DNA from: Pedosphaera sp.
Lineage (GTDB): Bacteria > Verrucomicrobiota > Verrucomicrobiia > Limisphaerales > SIBH01
Direction: 5' to 3'
Assembly: GCA_031414955.1 (NCBI GenBank)
Contig: JANOQV010000041.1
Coordinates: 1 to 15,237, forward strand
DNA: 15,237 nucleotides
The position numbers and the translations under genes are program-made. The first letter of the stretch is position 1; the number at the start of each line of letters is the position of its first letter. Below, piece after piece: positions 1 to 8,236 of this stretch. The notes under the pieces were generated by a model that saw only the letters and a program-made list of their open reading frames with translations, was not told the DNA's origin and made no database searches.

Positions 1-66
1 CTCCACGGAGATGTTCTTGAGGTTGTGCTCCCTCGCGCCGCCGACCTTGATGAAATCTTTCGCCAT
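1..66 (-). CDS. uvrA: Excinuclease ABC subunit A, N-terminus only (runs off the left edge)
   Basis: Reverse complement of 66..1 translates as MAKDFIKVGGAREHNLKNISVE, containing the diagnostic UvrA N-terminal GAREHNLKN motif. Not in the ORF track. Confidence 0.95.
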   Translation of the reverse strand, partial: MAKDFIKVGGAREHNLKNISVE

Positions 67-99
67 GACCGCTGAATTCTGTGTTCAGAGAATTCCGCG

Positions 100-127
100 A
101 GCGTAAGGGCGCACGGCGCGGATGCAA
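100..127 (-). promoter_or_regulatory. Putative sigma70-type promoter of uvrA
   Basis: Minus strand TTGCAT (127-122), 16-nt spacer, TACGCT (105-100), about 34 nt before the ATG at 66. Confidence 0.4.
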
Positions 128-234
128 AGCGCGGGGTTGAATCGAAACGGATTTAGCGCAGAGACGCAAAAATGTGGCAAGCGGAGTGCGGTCGAACAAA
201 CCGCTACTTGCCAACCTTCACCAAACTAGCCTGA

Positions 235-1008
235 ATGCCATTCACCACTGTGACAGCATACGAAAAGTCAGCACTTGGATCTCGGCAACTCACCGATGCA
301 TTGCATCAAGAGCTATCCGTATTGCTGCCAACCACCAATCGACGCGATGCCGCAAGCCAAACGAGTTTCGGAGCCGAAGGCTACAACAAGTTCGTCTTCG
401 CATATCCATCCAAGAGCAAGGGACGGCTGCTGGTCTTTTTTCTCGGCGATGTTGATGACCACCCTTTACCGCAGCCCGGAATGCCAGCCGTGAGACTCCG
501 AGAAAAACTGAATGGCGAGCTTGCTGAACGCACACCATATTGCGTTTTCCTCGACCATCAGACTGAGGTTGCTCCTTTTGCGCGGTTTCTCATTTCCTAT
601 TCCTTACCGAAAGCAGTCCCAAAGCGGATCATTCAAGCTGGCGGCGTTCAACGCGGAGCCGCATTACCGGAGGAAGTTCCCGCAATATTCTATCGCGAAG
701 GGCACGCGACGCAGATAATCGTGAATCGTTATGAACGCGATCCGCAGGCACGCGCGGCCTGCCTTCTACACCATGGAACTCGGTGCGCCGGATGTGGTGT
801 CAATATGGAGGCCATCTACGGCGACATCGCGCGTGGCTTCATTCATGTCCATCACCTTGTTCCGTTGTCGCACCGCAAGCGCAGTTACGCCATCAACCCG
901 AAGCTCGACCTCATTCCGCTTTGCCCCAACTGTCACGCGGTGACACACCTTGCCAACCCGCCGCTTACACTTGAACAGCTCAAGCGCAAAATCGCCGTGA
1001 GCCGATAA
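235..1008 (+). CDS. McrA-like HNH endonuclease with an unrecognised N-terminal domain
   Basis: C-terminal EG..YERDPQARAACL..CAGC..IHVHHLVPLS..DLIPLCPNCHAVTH is the McrA-type Zn-binding HNH signature. The first ~150 aa were not recognised. Confidence 0.9.
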   Translation: MPFTTVTAYEKSALGSRQLTDALHQELSVLLPTTNRRDAASQTSFGAEGYNKFVFAYPSKSKGRLLVFFLGDVDDHPLPQPGMPAVRLREKLNGELAERTPYCVFLDHQTEVAPFARFLISYSLPKAVPKRIIQAGGVQRGAALPEEVPAIFYREGHATQIIVNRYERDPQARAACLLHHGTRCAGCGVNMEAIYGDIARGFIHVHHLVPLSHRKRSYAINPKLDLIPLCPNCHAVTHLANPPLTLEQLKRKIAVSR

Positions 1009-1025
1009 GGCGCTGACTCCGATTT

Positions 1026-1754
1026 ATGGCAACGCGTTCGGAACATTTCAGAACCAGCCTTGAACGGTGGCTTGCAAGTAATGGGCTTGATCAGGACTCG
1101 CATTTCTACACGGCTGAAGAGTGGCGCGAACGTCGCGAAGATTTGCTTAACGATGCACAGCTCATCCTCGTGACGGAGGGTGGCTTGCACTTTTTGCTCA
1201 ACTACAACTTTGCCCATCCGAAGGTCGAGGAGTTCCGCGACCTCTGCGAATCATTTGGTTACTGGTTTGATCTCGGCCACACTTGGAGTGTTGGTTTTTA
1301 TGGATTGAACAAAGCGGACGCCACGCCGACAAGCGGGAGCTATTCCGAAAAGCTCAAAGATTTGCGATGGAAGAAGAAAGCCGCGCTCGTGAAGCAGCGG
1401 GCACAGAACAAGTGCGAGGATTGCGGATCTACGAAGCAACCCCTTCACGCGCACCACTGTTGGTATTCGTATGGGCTTGAGCCTTGGCAGTACCCGCTCG
1501 ATGCCTTTAGATGCCTCTGCGAAACTTGTCATTCCACTAGGCACGATACAGAGCCGCACTTCCGCGCCATCATGGCCCGACACACCCAGACGGAGCTTGT
1601 GGCCCTGCGCAAGGCTATAGAGCAATTGTTTCACTGGTACGATAGGGGCGCTGTGCTTCAGTTCCTGAAGGCAGTCGGGCCGGACGACCGCAGACTCAAG
1701 GATGCATTGTCCAATCTCGCAAGATTCAAGACGGAGCCGGGTAGCACCACTTGA
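1026..1754 (+). CDS. HNH-family nuclease domain protein with N- and C-terminal extensions
   Basis: YSEKLKDLRWKKK..CEDC..LHAHHCWY..EPWQYP..CLCETCH is an HNH domain with two CxxC pairs. ATG lies 17 nt after the upstream stop. Confidence 0.8.
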   Translation: MATRSEHFRTSLERWLASNGLDQDSHFYTAEEWRERREDLLNDAQLILVTEGGLHFLLNYNFAHPKVEEFRDLCESFGYWFDLGHTWSVGFYGLNKADATPTSGSYSEKLKDLRWKKKAALVKQRAQNKCEDCGSTKQPLHAHHCWYSYGLEPWQYPLDAFRCLCETCHSTRHDTEPHFRAIMARHTQTELVALRKAIEQLFHWYDRGAVLQFLKAVGPDDRRLKDALSNLARFKTEPGSTT

Positions 1755-1804
1755 GACGGAGATGGTGCGTGAGCACGGACGGGTCGAGGTCGGCCATGGA
1801 CGCC

Positions 1805-1847
1805 CCCATGAAAGCCCGCGGCCCCTTTTCTGGGAAGGTTTTTTCAC
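1805..1847. repeat. 43-bp direct repeat, copy 1
   Basis: cccatgaaagcccgcggccccttttctgggaaggttttttcac, 42/43 identical to 2411-2453. Contains the stop codon of the 1844..2350 gene. Confidence 0.95.
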
Positions 1848-2350
1848 AGGCGCGAGGGCTGGACGGCATTTTTCTTTTGCGGCTGAACCTTCCGGAATTC
1901 GTAGCGATTCAGCCCATTATCTCCAGTGGGTTCAAAGCTCTTTGGCGCCACTCCGTCACCGTTACCCGTGGCCAGGGTCAATGTCCCGTCCTCAATCTTG
2001 AAGATGGCGACGACCACTTTGCCGACGCTGCTTTCCTGTTGTGGCGGACAATCGTGACAATCTTTGATGGTGGCGTGTAACTGACGTGGGTTGGTGTCCG
2101 CGGGCAGCGTAATGATCGTCTTCCACCAAAAGTTCGTGTCCCGGTGAAAATGGAAGGAAGTGCCGGTGATCGTGATGGTGATTTTTTGTTGCGCCTTATC
2201 GCCCACCATCACTCCCTCCCAGGTTCCTTGGAGTGGTTGCAGTTCGGAAGCCGTCGGCGGTTGCGTGGTGCAACCCGCTGGCAGGCCCAGGAGCAGAAGC
2301 GGCCCAAGCAGGGCCAGGGCCTTGAAGCCGAGCGATTCTTTGAGGCTCAT
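1844..2350 (-). CDS. TIGR03067-like domain lipoprotein
   Basis: Signal peptide with lipobox LPAG-C. ELQPLQGTW..ITITG..TITLPADTNPRQL..GKVVVAIFKIEDGTLTLA..PKSF resembles the Planctomycete/Verrucomicrobia TIGR03067 domain. Confidence 0.75.
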   Translation of the reverse strand: MSLKESLGFKALALLGPLLLLGLPAGCTTQPPTASELQPLQGTWEGVMVGDKAQQKITITITGTSFHFHRDTNFWWKTIITLPADTNPRQLHATIKDCHDCPPQQESSVGKVVVAIFKIEDGTLTLATGNGDGVAPKSFEPTGDNGLNRYEFRKVQPQKKNAVQPSRL

Positions 2351-2410
2351 TTTGATCTTTTGGATGCGCGCAAGAAACGCCGGACCTGGTTGTTCTGCGC
2401 GGTGGTCGCG

Positions 2411-2453
2411 CCCATGAAAGCCCGCGGCCCCTTTGCTGGGAAGGTTTTTTCAC
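2411..2453. repeat. 43-bp direct repeat, copy 2
   Basis: cccatgaaagcccgcggcccctttgctgggaaggttttttcac, 60 bp upstream of the ATG at 2350. Confidence 0.95.
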
Positions 2454-2598
2454 GGGCGGGGGCGCGCATCGCAGGGTGCCTTCCCCTTCCGTCCTTTCAG
2501 CGGCCTACTCCTCCGCGATGCGCGGCCACGCGCCCTTCACGGAGCCGTAGTGGCGCGTGAGCGCGGCGAAGCCCGGCGCGGCGGGAGACAAGCGGGAG

Positions 2599-2706
2599 GA
2601 CGGGGATGAATTGAGCCGCGAAAGAACGCAAAGAACGCAGAAAGGGAAGGAACAAAACCGGTTTCTTTGCGCTCTCTGCGTTCTTTCGCGGCTAATTCAT
2701 CCCGTC
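2599..2706. repeat. Long inverted repeat of the AGCCGCGAAAGAACGCAAAGAACGCA type (REP-like; possible terminator)
   Basis: Core arms agccgcgaaagaacgca.. (from 2614) and ..tgcgttctttcgcggct (to 2693), extended by gacggggatgaatt / aattcatcccgtc. Internal 9-nt periodicity (aagaacgca). Overlaps the stop at 2697-2699. Confidence 0.85.
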
Positions 2707-3704
2707 AGTTTCAACCCCAGTTCCAGTTGCTCATCCTCGCTCAAGGCCCAGGCCTCGAAGCCTTCACGGCGCAGCGTCCCAGCGAAGTCGGCGGCGAAGC
2801 CGTGCAGGGTGTGGACGCGCCGGGGCTGGACGCGCCGCACGAACTCGATGAGGTCGGGAAAGTCCGCGTGGTCACTGAGCGGGAAAGCGGCGTCGCAGCG
2901 GTGCTGGTATTTGCAACTGGCGTCGAGCGCCCAGCCGGTGATGACCGCACTACGCGAAGGGCCGAGTTGCACCGACGCCGGACGGGCCGCGCCCGGCGGG
3001 CAGACCACCACCCAGCCCCGACCATGCCCCTCAGCGAGGGTTTCGTGCGCGGGGAATCGATGGCCGAAGTGCTCGTAGATTTTGGTCATGGCGAAGGCGG
3101 CTTCGTGGAGCGCGATTGGCAAACCCGCACCAGCCAGGCCGCGCAGGACTTCCTGCGTCTTGCCCAGCGAGTAGCAATGGAGCAGCGCGGTGGCATCGGA
3201 CTCAATCGTCTCGCGGCAGAAACGCACCACGTCGCGCATGACTTCACTCGCATCGGGAAACTGGTAGCGCGGCTGGCCAAAGGTGGTCTCCATGATGAGC
3301 ACGTCGGCGTGGCGTGGCTCACACACCTCGGCGGCAAGGCCGGCGCGCAGCTTGAAATCGCCGGTGTAGAGCAGCGATTCGCCGCCGCATTCAAGCAACG
3401 CCATGGCGCTGCCCAGAATGTGGCCGGCGGGCAGGAGCGTGAGTTGAAACTCGACGCCGTCGCGCTGGAAGACGCGCGGTTCGCCAAATCGCAGCAGATG
3501 TTCTACGCGCTTTCCGCCCAACCGGGCTCGCATCAAGTGCGCCGTCGGCTCCGTGAGAATTACTTCACGGTGACGCGCGGTGTGGTCGGAGTGCGCGTGG
3601 CTGACGAAGGCGAGTTCATCCTTGGCCCGGTGCGGGTCGAACCAGAGCCGGAGACGCGGGAAGTAAATCCCGCCGTCGCGGTAATGGAACTCAAGCGCCG
3701 ACAT
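2697..3704 (-). CDS. MBL-fold (beta-CASP-like) exonuclease, related to ligase-associated DNA damage response exonucleases
   Basis: SHAHSDH, AGHILGSA, YTGDF, METTFG and SDHADF motifs. Start placed at ATG 3704 (MSALEF); the upstream TTG at 3740 coincides with a -35-like hexamer. Confidence 0.9.
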   Translation of the reverse strand: MSALEFHYRDGGIYFPRLRLWFDPHRAKDELAFVSHAHSDHTARHREVILTEPTAHLMRARLGGKRVEHLLRFGEPRVFQRDGVEFQLTLLPAGHILGSAMALLECGGESLLYTGDFKLRAGLAAEVCEPRHADVLIMETTFGQPRYQFPDASEVMRDVVRFCRETIESDATALLHCYSLGKTQEVLRGLAGAGLPIALHEAAFAMTKIYEHFGHRFPAHETLAEGHGRGWVVVCPPGAARPASVQLGPSRSAVITGWALDASCKYQHRCDAAFPLSDHADFPDLIEFVRRVQPRRVHTLHGFAADFAGTLRREGFEAWALSEDEQLELGLKLTG

Positions 3705-3743
3705 GGCGGAGAAAATCAGGGACGAGTCGGGGAAAGGCAATGC

Positions 3744-3855
3744 CCGGAGCGCGGGTTTTCAACCCGCAGCGGGCCGTGATCGTCCGAAGGTTCAGTGAAA
3801 TCATGAGTGCGGGCGGCGGGCGGGCGCTGCTGCGGGTTGGAAACCCGCGCTCCGG
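3744..3855. repeat. REP doublet (REPIN-like), GGAG-type
   Basis: ccggagcgcgggttttcaacccgcagc (3744-3770) and its inverted partner gctgcgggttggaaacccgcgctccgg (3829-3855); each unit is itself a hairpin. Confidence 0.9.
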
Positions 3856-3861
3856 CTGATG

Positions 3862-4596
3862 TCATGGGCCGGGCCACGCGCCGCACTTCTGCAACTGCGC
3901 GGTGGCCTGGCCGGCCCAGCCACGATTGGCGGCGGGGCTGGCCGGGCTGGGGTGGAGAATCTGCGCGGCCCGGACCTGGGGGGATTTTCCGAGCACGTTT
4001 TGCACGCGCACGAAGGCAAACCCCCCGACGCCAACCAGCCAGTCGGGTTCCAGCACTTCCACCACGCGGCGCAGGTGCTCGTCGCAGGCGGCGAAGAGCG
4101 GGGCGGTTTCGCGCGCGGGCAGTTTGTCGGGCGTAAGGTTCGCGCCCGTTTCAGAAAGAAACGCCAGCGGGCAGTAGTTCACGACAAAGTGCTCCGAAAA
4201 AAACTTCTCCGGAGTGACGAAGCGTTGCGCGAACAATCCCCACAGCCGCCGGCCGCTCACTTCCGAGCGCGGACAATCGAAGCCGAGCACGGGACGCTTC
4301 GGGTGTTCCCGCTTGGGCCGCTGGATTTCTGTCTTGATGCCCATCCAATCACGCACCGCCGCCACTTCGCCAAACGGCACGCCGATTTGCGCCATGCCGA
4401 ACGGGCCGGGATTCATGCCGAGAAAAACGATGCGCTTGGGCGTGGTGGCGAAACGCCGGAGGTATTCCTCGTGCGCCGCCCACGCGTAGTCGAGCGGGTT
4501 GTAAACAAACGAGACCGGGGGTGAGAAGTGGAGCCGGTCCACCGCGCAGGAGAGTTCGCGGGCCGCAGCGACCATCGACTTGTTGGTGAAAGTCAT
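3862..4596 (-). CDS. SMUG1-type (UDG family 3) uracil-DNA glycosylase
   Basis: GMNPGPFGMAQIGVPFG, RSEVSGRRLW, NYCPL and HPSPASP motifs. Start may be ATG 4596 or 4575. Confidence 0.93.
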   Translation of the reverse strand: MTFTNKSMVAAARELSCAVDRLHFSPPVSFVYNPLDYAWAAHEEYLRRFATTPKRIVFLGMNPGPFGMAQIGVPFGEVAAVRDWMGIKTEIQRPKREHPKRPVLGFDCPRSEVSGRRLWGLFAQRFVTPEKFFSEHFVVNYCPLAFLSETGANLTPDKLPARETAPLFAACDEHLRRVVEVLEPDWLVGVGGFAFVRVQNVLGKSPQVRAAQILHPSPASPAANRGWAGQATAQLQKCGAWPGP

Positions 4597-4731
4597 CTTC
4601 AAGATACGCGGAGACGGAACACGGCGCGCACGGGCGACTCAAGGGGAATTGCGGCAGGGACTGACTTCCGTCCTCGAAGCCTCAGTCCTTCACTTGCCAT
4701 GCGCCCGCCCAGAATCCACACTGCGCGCTTA

Positions 4732-6705
4732 ATGCTTACAGTTTCCAGCATCAGCAAGAGTTTCGGCGGACGCACGTTGTTCGAGGACGTGTCGTTCCAG
4801 GTGAATCGCGAGGACCGCATCGGCCTGGTCGGGCCGAATGGCGCGGGGAAAACCACGCTCTTTTCCCTCCTGCTCAAGAACGATGAGCCGGACGACGGCC
4901 TGATCAACATGGAACGCGGCATCACCCTCGGCTACTTGCCGCAGGAGAGCGCGCCCATCTCGGATGAAACCGTGCTGGAACTCGCCACGGCCGTGACGCC
5001 CGAGATCACCGCCATCCGCCGTGCGCTGGAGAAGAATGCCGCCGGGCACCACGATGAGAATAATCACGATCATCACGAGGACATCCACTCCATGCAGGCG
5101 CGCTTCGATGAACTGGGCGGTTTCAAGCTCGAAGCCGCCGCCAAGAAAATCCTGCATGGCCTCAGCTTCCGCGAGTCGGACTTCCACCGGCCCGCGCGGG
5201 AAATGTCCGGCGGTTGGGTCATGCGCGCGCATCTGGCGCGTTTGCTGGTGCAGGAGCCGGACCTGTTGATGCTGGACGAACCGACCAACCATCTCGACCT
5301 TGAGGCCTTGATCTGGTTCCAGGAATATCTCAAGGGCTATCCGGGCGCGATTCTGATGATCTCCCACGACCGCGAGTTCCTGAACCAGCTCGTGACCAGC
5401 ATCTTTGAGATTCGCCTTTCGAAAGTGTTTCGTTACCGCGCCAACTACGACGAGTTCCTCGTGCAGAAAGCCGCCGCCGAGGCCCAGCACCTGGCCGCCT
5501 ACAAGAACCAGCAGAAGGACATCGCGCGCCTCCAGGAATTCGCCGACCGCTTCCGGGCCAAGGCCAGCAAGGCCTCGCAGGCGCAGTCCAAGCTCAAGCA
5601 GATCGAGCGCATGGACAAAATCGAGGCGCCCGAGTCCGAGAACAAGGAGATGCACTTCTCCTTCCCGCAGCCGCAGCGCAGCGGGCAGAAGGTCATCAAG
5701 CTCGAGGACATTCATCATGCTTACGGAAATCACGCCGTGTACACCGGCGTCGATTTGGAAATTGAACGCGGCGAACGCACCGTACTGGTCGGCCCGAACG
5801 GCGCGGGCAAATCGACCTTGCTGAAGATTCTCGCCGGCAATCTCGCCCCCACCGCCGGCACGCGCACCCTCGGGCACAACGCCAAGGCGGGCTACTACTC
5901 GCAGTATCGCGTCGAGATGCTGCAACCCCGGCGCACGGTGCTGGAGGAGGCGCTGGACACGCCGCAGCGCATCACGGAGCAAAGCATCCGCACCCTGCTC
6001 GGCTCGTTCCTCTTTCGCGGCGATGATGTGTTCAAGAAGGTTTCCGTCTTGAGCGGCGGAGAGAAAAGCCGCCTCGCGCTGGTCAAGCTGCTGCTCGATC
6101 CGCCGAACTTCCTGCTCATGGACGAGCCGACCACGCACCTCGACATGGCGAGCATCGACGCGCTGGTCGCGGCGTTGTTGCAGTTCCAGGGCACGGTCGT
6201 GTTCATCAGCCACGACGTGTATTTCATCCGCGCCATTGCGAACCAGGTGATTCATGTGAAGCACGGACGCATCCATCGCTACCCGGGCGGCTACGATTAT
6301 TATCTGGAGAAGACCAAGCCCGTTTCCGAACGCGCCGGCCTGACGGCCGGCAGCGGCCTGGTCCCGGCACCGAAGCCCTCACTCAAACCCCAGGTGCCCG
6401 CCATCGATCGCAAGGAACAGAAGCGGCGGGAAGCCGCGCAACGCCAAGCTCGCACCACCGAGCAGCGCGTCGCGCACCAACTCGTGCGCAGCCTGGAAAA
6501 GCAGATTCAGGAACTGGAAGCCAAGCAAACCGAACTCGCCGCCGAGTTGGAGAAACCCGAGAGCTACGCGGGCGGACGCGCCATGCAGATCAACCGCGAA
6601 CTGATGGAGGTGGTCGATGAACTCGCGGCGAAGACCGCAGAGTGGGAGGCGGCGGCGGTAAAGTTGGAGGAACTGGACGTGCCCGAGGCCGCTCCGGCCG
6701 GGTAG
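4732..6705 (+). CDS. ABC-F family ATP-binding cassette protein (ribosome-associated, YheS/Uup-like)
   Basis: Two NBDs (GPNGAGKT..MSGG..LDEPTNHLD; GPNGAGKS..LSGGE..MDEPTTHLD), interdomain linker, C-terminal coiled coil, no TM segments. Start ATG 4732 (MLTVSS). Confidence 0.95.
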   Translation: MLTVSSISKSFGGRTLFEDVSFQVNREDRIGLVGPNGAGKTTLFSLLLKNDEPDDGLINMERGITLGYLPQESAPISDETVLELATAVTPEITAIRRALEKNAAGHHDENNHDHHEDIHSMQARFDELGGFKLEAAAKKILHGLSFRESDFHRPAREMSGGWVMRAHLARLLVQEPDLLMLDEPTNHLDLEALIWFQEYLKGYPGAILMISHDREFLNQLVTSIFEIRLSKVFRYRANYDEFLVQKAAAEAQHLAAYKNQQKDIARLQEFADRFRAKASKASQAQSKLKQIERMDKIEAPESENKEMHFSFPQPQRSGQKVIKLEDIHHAYGNHAVYTGVDLEIERGERTVLVGPNGAGKSTLLKILAGNLAPTAGTRTLGHNAKAGYYSQYRVEMLQPRRTVLEEALDTPQRITEQSIRTLLGSFLFRGDDVFKKVSVLSGGEKSRLALVKLLLDPPNFLLMDEPTTHLDMASIDALVAALLQFQGTVVFISHDVYFIRAIANQVIHVKHGRIHRYPGGYDYYLEKTKPVSERAGLTAGSGLVPAPKPSLKPQVPAIDRKEQKRREAAQRQARTTEQRVAHQLVRSLEKQIQELEAKQTELAAELEKPESYAGGRAMQINRELMEVVDELAAKTAEWEAAAVKLEELDVPEAAPAG

Positions 6706-6714
6706 AGGACGCGA

Positions 6715-6814
6715 CCGGAGCGCGGACCACCGAGTCCGCGTGTTCATCACTCCGCCGGAACCCGGAGTGCTTCCACATTTTCGGATCACGAGGAAAGGGC
6801 TGTCCGCGCTCCGG
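6715..6814. repeat. REP doublet, GGAGCGCGGAC variant
   Basis: ccggagcgcggaccaccgagtccgcgtg (6715-6742) and the degenerate inverted partner cacgaggaaagggctgtccgcgctccgg (6787-6814). Confidence 0.75.
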
Positions 6815-6956
6815 CCGAGTTGGGGCCACCGACCCTCAAGTTGCAACTCAGAAGCCCGCCGGGGAATTGGCTTGCCCCGGCGCAGGTGTTTTTCATTCAA
6901 TGATGGCGCACTTTGAACGCCACGCGCCCCGGAATCGGGCTTCGGCGTCCTCAGCA

Positions 6957-8012
6957 ATGAAACTCAAACTCGCTTCAAACCGCAGCGGCGTTCTCGCCGG
7001 GGGCAACTGGATCATCGATCAGGTCAAACTCATCGACGTGTATCCGCAGCGCGAACAACTCGCCAACATCCGGGGCAAAGTCGCCTACGGCACCGGCGGC
7101 GCGCCCTACAACGTCCTCATCGATCTGGCCAAGATTGGTGCGCGTTTCCCACTCGCGGCCGCCGGCCTGGTGGGCAAGGACGCCTTCGGCAACCAAATCC
7201 TCGCCGACTGCAAGAAGCACAAGATCGACACGAAGTTCCTCAAGGCCAGCGCCACCGCCGACACCAGCTACACCGACGTGATGACGGAGCCGAGCGGGGG
7301 GCGGCGCACCTTCTTCCATTATCGCGGCGCGAACGCCCAGTGGCGCGGAGACGGTCTCGATTTTGCCAAGACCAAGGCCAAGATTTTCCACCTCGGCTAC
7401 CTGTTGCTGCTCGACGCGCTGGATGAAGCCGATGCCAAGTTCGGCACCAAGGCCGCGCGCCTGCTGGCCAGCGCCCAGGCAGCCGGCCTCAAGACCAGTG
7501 TCGATGTGGTGAGCGAGGACAGTGATCGTTTCGCCAAGATCGTCGCTCCCGCCTTGAAGTTTTGTGACTACTGCATCTTGAACGAAATCGAGGCTGGCAA
7601 GACGGCTGGTTTCAAAATCCGCCAGGCTGACGGCACGCTCGACACCGTGGCCTTGCGCCACGCCGCCGGCGCGCTGCTCCAGATGGGCGTCAAGGAAGTC
7701 GTGGTCATACATTTCCCCGAAGGTGCCTTCGCCCGTACGCGCAAAGGCGACGACGTGTGGCAATCCTCGCTCAAGCTCGCCGACAAACACATCGCCGGCG
7801 CGGCGGGTGCGGGCGACGCATTCTGCGCCGGCGTACTCTATGGATTGCACGAAGGCTGGGAGCTGGATCAATGTTTGCAGACCGCCGTCTGCCTGGCCGC
7901 CGCTTCACTCTCCGACCCGACCTGCACCGGTGGCGTGAAGCCGCTCAACGCCTGTCTCGCGCTGGGCAAGAAACACGGCTACCGCCCCGCGCTGGAATCG
8001 AGCGACCGTTGA
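6957..8012 (+). CDS. PfkB/ribokinase family carbohydrate kinase
   Basis: GGAPYNV..LAKIG..GLVGKDAFG N-terminal signature, NEIEA, and C-terminal GAGDAFCAG. Start ATG 6957. Confidence 0.93.
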   Translation: MKLKLASNRSGVLAGGNWIIDQVKLIDVYPQREQLANIRGKVAYGTGGAPYNVLIDLAKIGARFPLAAAGLVGKDAFGNQILADCKKHKIDTKFLKASATADTSYTDVMTEPSGGRRTFFHYRGANAQWRGDGLDFAKTKAKIFHLGYLLLLDALDEADAKFGTKAARLLASAQAAGLKTSVDVVSEDSDRFAKIVAPALKFCDYCILNEIEAGKTAGFKIRQADGTLDTVALRHAAGALLQMGVKEVVVIHFPEGAFARTRKGDDVWQSSLKLADKHIAGAAGAGDAFCAGVLYGLHEGWELDQCLQTAVCLAAASLSDPTCTGGVKPLNACLALGKKHGYRPALESSDR

Positions 8013-8048
8013 GCGCTTCTTCCGCGCGCATCCACGAAGCCCACCAAA

Positions 8049-8148
8049 ACGAGACCGGAAAGTCTCATCACTTGCCGGCTGCAAAGCCGGCGCTACACAC
8101 GTCGCGCCGACATTCGTGTCGGCAGGTTGCGAGACTTTCGAGTCTCGC
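8049..8148. repeat. Two head-to-head copies of a 48-bp double-hairpin GTAG-type REP
   Basis: Minus copy (8096 to 8049) gtagcgccggctttgcagccggcaagtgatgagactttccggtctcgt; plus copy (8101-8148) gtcgcgccgacattcgtgtcggcaggttgcgagactttcgagtctcgc. 34/48 identical by hand alignment, with both stems kept. Confidence 0.8.
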
Positions 8149-8236
8149 GATCATGGTTCTTCCAAATCATCTCCCTCCGGCCAGGCCGCCCGACATTTCC
8201 TTTCTCATTCCGCCCCCGGCTGGTTAAGTCGGCGCG

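Noticed and set aside
176..212. GGCAAG..CTTGCC imperfect hairpin with GTCGAAC (attC R''-like) before the first HNH gene
   Set aside because: No matching R' box or full attC fold; too short to distinguish from chance.
1805..2453. 43-bp repeats as a CRISPR array or IS ends
   Set aside because: Only two copies, 606 bp apart and in direct orientation; no cas or transposase gene.
8013..8236. 6S RNA or riboswitch upstream of ymdB
   Set aside because: The hairpins are explained by two copies of a REP-like unit; no 6S central bubble or riboswitch consensus recognised.
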